A stretch of DNA of 64,000 bases from Longimicrobiales bacterium. Its GTDB lineage: Bacteria > Gemmatimonadota > Gemmatimonadetes > Longimicrobiales > Gaopeijiaceae. The notes under the pieces were generated by a model, which was not told the origin of the DNA, did not search any database, and saw only the letters and a list, made by a program, of their open reading frames with translations. The translations under genes were made by a program, and so were the position numbers. Positions 56,165 to 64,000 of the stretch are shown one piece after another (the first letter of the stretch is position 1; each line of letters starts with the position of its first letter). The stretch covers positions 992,001-1,056,000 of the forward strand of contig OZ250165.1 in assembly GCA_965238005.1 (NCBI GenBank), given 5' to 3'.

Positions 56165-57166
56165 GTGCACTTGGACAGCGGCCTGGGGGACAGGATCGAG
56201 TCGACCAAACACACCGCGAGGCGTAGTCCGGCTCGCAGCCTCGTCTTAGGGCTCGTGGCCCTTCTGGCCTCGGGTTGTAGCGGTGAGAGCTCCGGCCCGG
56301 CTCGATTCCTGAGCATCGGGACGGGGGGGACCGGCGGGATCTACTATCCGCTGGGTGGAGCCATCGCCAGCCTCTTGTCGTTGGCGGACTCCACCCGCAC
56401 GTATACCGCAGAGGTCACCGGTGGCGCGGTGGAGAACATCAACCGCATCCGTGCGGGCCAGATCGACCTGGCGTTCTCCACGGCCAACACGATCTACGAT
56501 GCGTACTTCGGCAGCCCGGACTTCGGCGAGCCCATGGAGGACCTTCGGATCGTTGCGCCCCTTTATCCGAACTTCACCCATATCCTCGTCTCCGCCAACT
56601 CGGAGGCACAGTCCGTGGCGGACTTCCGGGGACTGAAGGTCTCGGTGGGAGCGCCGGGCAGTGGAACGGAGCAGATGTCGCGGAAGATCCTCGAGGTGCA
56701 GGGCCTCACCTACGAAGACGTGGAGGTTCGCTACCTCACCTTCACCGAGTCGGCGGTAGCGCTGAAGGATCGCGCCATCGACGCGGCCATCATGAGTGTG
56801 GGGTATCCGGCGGCCGCCGTTCTGGAGGCGACCACGACGGGGGGGGTACGGCTCCTGCCCCTGGCCTCTGATCGCATCCAGGAGCTCATGAGGCTATACC
56901 CGTACTTCGACGCGGGGGAGATGCCCGCCGGAGTGTATCCCGGCGTGGACGAGTCTCTTCCGACGGCGGTGCTGCTGAACTGGGTCGTGGCGCCCGAGCG
57001 GCTGTCGAACGACGTCGTAGTGAGTGTGCTGAACGTTTTGACGGAGGAGCGTGTCACGTTGGAGCGGGTTCACAACATGGCCCGCCAGATCGATCTCGAT
57101 TACTTGCAAGATTCTCCCATTCCGTTTCACCCCGGGACGGAGAGATGGTGGATAGAAGGACGATGA
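56165..57166 (+). CDS. TAXI-family TRAP solute-binding lipoprotein
   Basis: IGTGGTGGIYYPLGG, GAPGSGTE, PFHPG. Confidence 0.93.
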   Translation: MHLDSGLGDRIESTKHTARRSPARSLVLGLVALLASGCSGESSGPARFLSIGTGGTGGIYYPLGGAIASLLSLADSTRTYTAEVTGGAVENINRIRAGQIDLAFSTANTIYDAYFGSPDFGEPMEDLRIVAPLYPNFTHILVSANSEAQSVADFRGLKVSVGAPGSGTEQMSRKILEVQGLTYEDVEVRYLTFTESAVALKDRAIDAAIMSVGYPAAAVLEATTTGGVRLLPLASDRIQELMRLYPYFDAGEMPAGVYPGVDESLPTAVLLNWVVAPERLSNDVVVSVLNVLTEERVTLERVHNMARQIDLDYLQDSPIPFHPGTERWWIEGR

Positions 57167-57227
57167 GCGAACGTTCTGCCTTGCTATCCGTCCGGCCGGC
57201 GTTCACGGCGGGTTACCGACTGGGGCG

Positions 57228-58355
57228 GTGAGCCCTTTGGGTGAGCCCGCCGTCCTCTCCTGCCAGCGGGAAGCCTTCAGCCTTCCCGACGAAGTCCACT
57301 ACCTGAACTGCGCCTACTTCAGCCCCCTTCCCAAGGCCACCGAAGAAGCCGGCATAGGCGGGATCCTGCAGAAGCGTAGACCCATGGTGGTCCAGGCCCC
57401 GGATTTCTTCACAGAGAGCGATCGTGCACGTGAGCTGTTCGCCCGCCTCGTGGGAGTCTCCGAACCGAACCGGATCGCGATCATCCCGTCCGCTTCGTAC
57501 GGAGTGGCGGTGGCGGCCCGCAACCTTGCGGTGGAGCAGGGGCAGAACATCGTGCTGCTCCACGAGCAGTTTCCCGGCAACGTCTACGCGTGGAGGCGGA
57601 AGGCCGACGAGTCGGGAGCCCAGGTCCGCACGGTCGTGCCGCCCGACGGCCCGTGTCGCGGCTCCGCCTGGAACGAGCGCCTCCTGGAGGCCATCGACGT
57701 GGACACGGCGGTTGTCACCGTGCCCCACGTCCACTGGACCGACGGCACGGTCTTCGACCTTCCGGCCGTGGGGGCACGGGCTCGGGAGGTGGGCGCCGCT
57801 CTGGTCGTCGACGCCACACAGTCGGTGGGCGCCATGCCCTTCGACGTGGGGGACATCCAGCCTGATGCCCTCATTGTAGCCGGCTACAAGTGGCTCTTGG
57901 GACCCTACTCCATCGGCGCGGCCTACCTGGGATCCCGCTTCGACGACGGCATTGCTCTCGAAGAGACCTGGATCGGGCGCGAGCGGAGTGAAGAGTTCCA
58001 GCACTTGGTGGATTACCAGTCGACCTACCAGCCCGGTGCCATCCGGTACGACGTCGGGGAAAGATCGAACTTCATCCTCGTCCCCATGTTCGTTGCCTCC
58101 CTCGGCCTGGTCCTGGAGTGGACTCCGGAGGGGGTACGGGACTACTGCCGCCGGCTCGGGGAGACGCTCATCAGGGAGGCGGTCTCCATCGGATTCTCCC
58201 TGGAGCAGGACGAGTGGCGTGCGGCGCACCTATTCGGCCTGCGCATGCCCGAGGGCCTCGAGCTGACGGCCTTAAAAGCCGAGCTGGAGGCCCGGAAGAT
58301 CTTCGTGTCGCTGCGGGGGAGCGCCCTGATCGACGCCCTGAGGGCCGTGGTCTAG
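57228..58355 (+). CDS. Class V PLP aminotransferase / cysteine desulfurase-like, C-terminus apparently shortened
   Basis: YLNCAY, VDATQSVG, GYKWLLGP. Confidence 0.88.
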   Translation: MSPLGEPAVLSCQREAFSLPDEVHYLNCAYFSPLPKATEEAGIGGILQKRRPMVVQAPDFFTESDRARELFARLVGVSEPNRIAIIPSASYGVAVAARNLAVEQGQNIVLLHEQFPGNVYAWRRKADESGAQVRTVVPPDGPCRGSAWNERLLEAIDVDTAVVTVPHVHWTDGTVFDLPAVGARAREVGAALVVDATQSVGAMPFDVGDIQPDALIVAGYKWLLGPYSIGAAYLGSRFDDGIALEETWIGRERSEEFQHLVDYQSTYQPGAIRYDVGERSNFILVPMFVASLGLVLEWTPEGVRDYCRRLGETLIREAVSIGFSLEQDEWRAAHLFGLRMPEGLELTALKAELEARKIFVSLRGSALIDALRAVV

Positions 58356-58535
58356 GTCGACTTCCTGTATCACGACCCGGTCATCGCCCGCTCCGCGTTG
58401 ACCCGGATTTAACGCTCGGTCCCCCAACGAGGTCTCCCTTGTCATGGGGAGAGACGGAGGGGGCCGCGCGCACGGCATGTCGCCGTCGCTCGGAACACGT
58501 CCATCGATCACCCGAATACGGACGAGGAGAGAGCG

Positions 58536-59209
58536 ATGTGTGATTGGGGATTGAAGACCACGGTGCTGGTAAGCGTCCTCACAGCCGGAGCCTGCGGCGG
58601 GGGGGGCGGGCTCGATCTCGAGGGCCCCGCCGCCCAGCAGCTCTTCCAGCAATACAGCGGAACCTGGGAGCTCGATGTCCGCCAGAGCGAGACCCCGGGC
58701 CAGAAGCTAGGGGAAGCCAACCGGGGGCTCCGGGGCGGTGAGGACCGAGGCGCCGGAGGGCCCGGCGCGGGTTGCGGCGGTACCGGCCGAGGAGGGCGCG
58801 GCGGCATTGGCGGCGGAGGCGGTGGTGCCCGGGGAGGTCCTGATGGCGGACAGCCTCCCCAGAGGCCATGCAGATGGGAATGGCCCTCGCTCGTGAAGTC
58901 GCGACCACCCTCGAGATGCGACTGGACTCAGTGTCGGTACGCGTCACACCGAGTGGGGGAGTCGCGTACGAGCTCGCCAGCGACGGCGAGGTGAGCGAGC
59001 AGGAGCTCTCGGGCGGGAGTGTCCTCGAGCGTCGCGTGCGCTGGGAGGAGAACGAGCTGACGATCCAGCGGGAGATCTCCGGCTTCTCGGTCACGGACCA
59101 CTACGAGGTGGCGGCCGATGGGAGGGAGATGGTCGTGCTTCGCACCATCAAGCTTCCCCGGCGGTCGGCCGTGAAGGTGAGGCTCGTGTACTCGAGGGCC
59201 GTATCATGA
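58536..59209 (+). pseudogene. Gly-rich lipoprotein, frameshifted near 58860
   Basis: AGAC lipobox, YSGTWELD; continues in the 58868-59209 frame. Confidence 0.6.
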
Positions 59210-61642
59210 GGGCCCCACAGATGGCGGGAGCTGACGTCGGCCTGCGTAGGGGCTGTCTGCCGGCCCTGGCCTTTACCCTCACCTTCACGCTCGCCTTCCT
59301 GATGCCCCTGAACGCACGAGGCCAGAGCGTGGACCTCATCGGGACCGTAGTCGACTCCCTTACCAACGAGGTTTTGCCCAACGTCTCGGTGGCTTTGGAT
59401 GAGTCGTCGTACAGTGCGCTCACCGATGCGTTCGGCCGGTTCTCCCTGGTGGGCCTCCCCGACGGGCCCATCCAGCTCACCATCGAGCATCTCGGCTACC
59501 GCACGTTCGTGCTCGAGCTTGCCGAGGCACCGACGGACCCGCTGAAGGTGATGCTGGCACCGGACGCCATCGAACTGGGTGGAATCCGCGTGCGAGCACA
59601 GACACCGGTCATGGACGCCAGCCGCGGGATCAGCCAGGTCTCGATCTCTCCGGAGCAGATCCAGGCTCTGCCGTCCTTGGGCGAGGCAGACATCTTCCGC
59701 TCGCTCCAACTCCTACCGGGCGTGAGCGGCACGAACGACGCCACCTCGGGACTCTTCGTGCGGGGCGGGACGCCTGACGAAAATCTGGTGCTCCTGGACG
59801 GCATGACCGTCTACCACGTGGACCACTTCTTCGGCATATTCAGCGCCTTCAACGCCGACGCCATCAAGGACGTGCAGCTCTACAAGGCCGCGTATCCGGC
59901 CCGCTACGGCGGGCGCACGTCCAGCGTGGTAGACATGGTCGGGAGGGCGGGGGATCCCCAGGCGTTCCGCATGAGTGCCGGCGTGAATCTGCTTAGCGGC
60001 CGCACCACCTTGGAGATTCCACTCGGGGACGCTGCCGCGCTCATGGTCTCCGCCCGGAGGTCATATACGGACATCATCCAGAGCGGCCTCTTCAACAACC
60101 TCTTCGGTACGCTGACCGACGCGGACGAGGCGGCGGCCCCACAACAGGCTGCAGGCTTCGGCGGCCGTCGCGGGCGATTCCAAGTCCAGGAGGCCGTCCC
60201 TTCGTTCTACTTCTACGACGTGAACGCCAAGCTGACCTGGACTCCGACGTCCCGCGATGTGGTGGCGGTGAGCTTTTACGGCGGGGCGGACAATCTGGAC
60301 CAGTCCTCCACGGGCCAGGCCATCCAGTTCGGTGGCAACGCCTTCAACACGCCGAGCCGTCAGGAGATCACCGACTGGGGGAACCGCGGCGTCAGCGGCC
60401 GCTGGTTCCGGCATTGGGGAGGCCGCTTCAGCTCGGACGCCCAGATCGCCGCCAGCGAGTACTTCAGCGATGGCACCCGGGAGATCACGTCCGATCGGTT
60501 CGCCGGCGGATTCCTGGAGGAGAACCGGGTCCAGGATCTGAGCATTCGACTGGACAACTCCTGGAGGGCTGGGCGGTCCTCCACCGTCGAGTTCGGGGCT
60601 CTGCTGACTTCGAGCGACGTCCGTTACGGCTTCGAGCAGCTTCAGGGGGACTCGGTCCGCGGGAGCTTGGCTCGGGAAGGCGATGCGCTCCAGACCAGCG
60701 GGTACGTGCAGCACGTCTGGACGGGTCCCGTCGGCGTCAAGGTCACCGCGGGAGCCCGGGGCACCCACTACGACGCTACGGGCACCACCTACTTCGAGCC
60801 GCGAGCGGCGCTGGAGTTGCCTCTCGGCTCGAATCTCAAGGTCAAGAGTGCCTGGGGCCGGTACAACCAGTTCATCAAGCGGGTGGAGAACGAGGACATT
60901 CTCGAGGGGAGCCGTGACTTCTGGGTGCTCTCCGACTCCGTTCTCCCTCCCGCTCTCGCCGAGCATTTCATGGGGGGGTGTCAGCTACGAGACCCAGGGT
61001 TTCCTCATCGACCTCGAGGGCTACTACAAGGATCTCGATGGCGTGACGCAGTTCTCCACGCGCTCCCGTCGAAGGCCGGGACAGGCCTTCAACGACCTGT
61101 TCTTCTCGGGGACGGGTGTCGCAAAGGGGGTGGAGCTACTCGTTCAGAAGAAGGCGGGTCCCCTCACCGGATGGGTGAGCTACTCGCTGAGCCGGGTCGA
61201 GTACGATCTGGACAACTTCAACGACGGGGAAGCGTTCGCGGCGAGCCATGACCAAACCCACGAGCTCAAGGCAGTGGGTATCTATCAAGCCGGACCCTGG
61301 ACGTTTTCCGGTTCTTGGGTCTACGGGTCGGGCCGGCCGTACACGGCGCCGGAGAGCGAATATGGCGTGGAGCTACTCGATGGAACCTCTTTCAGCTACG
61401 TCCACGTGGGAGGCAAGAACGCCGAGCGCCTCCCCGCCTACCATCGGATGGATCTGGGCGCGACCCGCCGATTCGAGTCCGACCGCTTCTTCTACGAACT
61501 GAGCGTCTCCGCGTTCAACGCCTACGGGCGCAACAATGTGTGGTACCGGAAGTTCGACCTGAGCGAGAGCGCGGTTGTCGTGACGGATGTGACCACCCTT
61601 CCGTTCACACCCAGCATCGGATTCCGGATGGGGATCAAGTAG
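59206..61642 (+). pseudogene. TonB-dependent receptor with +1 frameshift in a G7 tract (60972-60978)
   Basis: Plug motif VRGGTPDENLVLLDG; barrel resumes in the 60683-61642 frame (GGVSYE...YHRMD). Confidence 0.88.
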
Positions 61643-61651
61643 GAGACACAG

Positions 61652-62518
61652 ATGAGATCATATGTAATCTTGGCTCTGGCGATCGTCGGAGCCCTGGCGG
61701 CCCAGGCCTGCACCGACTCCAATCCGGTGGCCCCCGACGGCGACATCCTCGTGGTTCGGGCGTTCCTCTTCGCCGGCGAGCCGGTGACCGATATCCGCAT
61801 CACGACCACGGTCCCGTTGGTGTCTGAGGACACCCTCGGCATACCCGTGAGCGATGCCATGGTCTGGCTGGAGCGCGGCGATGCTCGCTTCGACTTGATC
61901 GCCACTTCGGGAGCGCCGGGAGCGTATCACTATCCGGGCGCTGATCTGGTAGTCGAGTGGGGCGACGTCTTCGAGTTGGGGGTCTCCCGTGGTTCCGAGA
62001 GCCTATCAGCCACGACGGTCGTGCCGTCCCCCCCGGAGGGATTCGCCGTGTCGTCCGATGTCTTGGATGTGGTGGATCTCACCGCTGGGTTCGGTGGATC
62101 CGGTGGGCGCCGCGGCGGCGGCGGCGGCCCGGGCGGGCTGGCCTTCGGGGGCGTCATCGTCCGCTGGATCAACCCTGAGCGGGACCTGTTCTTCGTGGTG
62201 GTGGACAACCTCGAGATCCATCCGGAGCAGATCCCGGCCCCGGAGTTCATCGGACAGGCGAGGCGTTTTGTGTCGGTGCCCACACCGGCGGACAGCACGG
62301 TGATCAGCCAACTTTCCCTCACGCACCTCGGCGAGCATCGGATTCGCCTGTACCACGTGAATCAGGAGTACGCAGATCTCTATGAAGGTCGAGTGCAGGA
62401 CTCCCGCGACCTCAACGAGCCACCCAGCAACATCCGGGGTGGGTTGGGCGTGTTCTCGGCGTTCGCCTCACAGGAAGGGCGGTTCACGGCTCGAATGCAG
62501 ACAGTGGAGGTGAACTGA
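61652..62518 (+). CDS. DUF4249-like lipoprotein partner of the TBDR
   Basis: AQAC lipobox; SNIRGGLGVFSA. Confidence 0.75.
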   Translation: MRSYVILALAIVGALAAQACTDSNPVAPDGDILVVRAFLFAGEPVTDIRITTTVPLVSEDTLGIPVSDAMVWLERGDARFDLIATSGAPGAYHYPGADLVVEWGDVFELGVSRGSESLSATTVVPSPPEGFAVSSDVLDVVDLTAGFGGSGGRRGGGGGPGGLAFGGVIVRWINPERDLFFVVVDNLEIHPEQIPAPEFIGQARRFVSVPTPADSTVISQLSLTHLGEHRIRLYHVNQEYADLYEGRVQDSRDLNEPPSNIRGGLGVFSAFASQEGRFTARMQTVEVN

Positions 62519-62647
62519 GCCGAGGGCCGAAGGCCCGGCCGCTTGCCCGGGTTGCCATCGAGCCGCTTCATCGCGGCGGGCTTCGGCTTCCGAACCTCTC
62601 ATACCTCTGGGACCTGTCCGAGTCCTTCGGCGATCAGTATTCGGGCC

Positions 62648-62700
62648 CGTACGTATACTCACGATGTAAAGATACGTACACCTCTGCGAAGAGGAACTCC
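62648..62700 (-). repeat. 53-bp dispersed repeat, copy B
   Basis: Inverted copy of 25595-25647. Confidence 0.85.
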
Positions 62701-62850
62701 GAAGGGCGGATACGCGAAAGAGGCCTTGCGGAGGATTGCCGGTTCGAGCTCGTTCTTCTCCTGGGTGTCGGAGCCCATGGGTCTAAGCAAGCGAGGCCTG
62801 GATGAAGACCGCGCCGGCGCAGCCTTGAGAAGTGATCATCGACGCATTCC

Positions 62851-63828
62851 TCAAAAGTCGATGTGCTGGATTTCATCCATCTCCTGAGCGGCTTCGAAGA
62901 TCGTGCCCGCCACGGTCAGGTCCTGGATTGCGATTCCAGAGCTGTCGAAGACGGTGACCTCAGTATCGGAAATCCTGCCGGGTGATTCTCCACGCGTGAC
63001 CGACCCCAAAGCACAGATGTCATCGACTGAGTCAATGAGTCCATCGTCATAGGCATGCTGAAATTCGCCGATGTTGATGGATTGTTGGGGGTAATCGGCA
63101 AACAGGCGCGCGTGTTTCAATATGGCCGTATCGAGTTCGTGCTTGCCCTTGTCATCGGCGCCCATCGCCGAAATATGAGTTCCTTCTTCGATCCATTCAT
63201 TCCAAACAAGTGGTGACTGCGACGGGGTAACGGTGACGACGATATCTGAGCCACGCACGGCATCTTCCGCGCTCATGAATCGGATGTCGATGTCCACGTC
63301 CACTAAGCGGTCACCTATCCAGCTGGCGCGAGCTTCAGATCGAGTGAAGATCTTGATCAAAGAAAGCGCCCTGACCTCGGCCACTGCTCGAATTTCGTGC
63401 TCGGCCTGATGACCGGCACCGATGACGCCAAGAACTGTCGCATCGGAACGAGCCAGGCTGGAGACTGCGATCGCGTTCCCGGCAGCAGTCCTGTAACCGT
63501 TCAGATAGGATGCGTTCACCAATACTTGAGGAAATCCGGTATCGGGATCGAGCAGCAGGATCGTCGAACCATGGGCAGGCAGTCCCTTATCGAAATTGCC
63601 GGCCCAGTACGTACCGCACTTGAAGCCAACCAGTTCATTGTCAGCGTAACTACCCGATTTAATGGCAAACGCCTCACCACTGTTCAGGCCGTTGCCGATG
63701 GCGACATCGAACACCCGCGCGCGATCACCTGAGACCGCTTCGAATGCTTCCCGAACTGCATCGAAAGCGAGTTGACGGGTCACGATTTTCCGGACCGTCG
63801 CCTCGGAGATTACCGCCAGTTTACCCAT
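62851..63828 (-). CDS. Ornithine cyclodeaminase / mu-crystallin family protein
   Basis: RTAAG, IGAGHQA, GTHISAMGAD, FDSSGIAIQD. Confidence 0.93.
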   Translation of the reverse strand: MGKLAVISEATVRKIVTRQLAFDAVREAFEAVSGDRARVFDVAIGNGLNSGEAFAIKSGSYADNELVGFKCGTYWAGNFDKGLPAHGSTILLLDPDTGFPQVLVNASYLNGYRTAAGNAIAVSSLARSDATVLGVIGAGHQAEHEIRAVAEVRALSLIKIFTRSEARASWIGDRLVDVDIDIRFMSAEDAVRGSDIVVTVTPSQSPLVWNEWIEEGTHISAMGADDKGKHELDTAILKHARLFADYPQQSINIGEFQHAYDDGLIDSVDDICALGSVTRGESPGRISDTEVTVFDSSGIAIQDLTVAGTIFEAAQEMDEIQHIDF

Positions 63829-64000
63829 CGCTTACCTCCTCGACCCAAATCGTTTGGTGATTGCCTCGCCCCCGTCCGGATCGGCGACGCGGTAATCCTG
63901 ACATGTGATCATCGATGCATCCCCTGGAAAGGAGTCCGGGCTGACGCTAAATGGGAGACGTGCTGATGGGATCCCCGAGGCAGGTCTCCCTCTACTGAGT

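Noticed and set aside
63980..64000. Possible start of another IS3 end (GTCTCCCTCTACTGAG resembles 1747-1764)
   Set aside because: The match is short and cut by the window edge, so it cannot be supported.

Overview
GC-rich bacterial window. The gene content (TonB-dependent receptors, ECF/anti-sigma pairs, propeller-amidohydrolase, TAXI-TRAP) suggests a Gram-negative, possibly Gemmatimonadota-like host, but this is inference only. Region 1-14 kb is a mobile/defence hotspot around a tRNA-Val(TAC). It holds two IS3 elements, a truncated integrase, and an integrative mobilizable element (P4-type integrase, CBS-HEPN pseudogene, ColE1-type mob genes with oriT, Vsr/5mC-MTase/putative REase) followed by an IS1182. 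Region 14-43 kb is accessory and housekeeping genes with many gene fragments, a VapBC pair and a 13-bp tandem array. Region 43.2-45.9 kb is the most unusual part: a cryptic array of about 19 CCA-less, partly degenerate tRNA genes behind a leader ORF and terminator. The array starts with a tRNA-shaped RNA carrying a Y-RNA-like (Ro60-binding) stem in place of the anticodon arm. Three of its tRNAs are interrupted at the same T-loop position by related 79-87 nt structured inserts with covarying stems. An IS481 follows and truncates a pilB/gspE-like gene. Region 48-64 kb carries enzymes, transporters and a frameshifted TonB-dependent receptor. All calls come from reading the sequence; no database searches were run.
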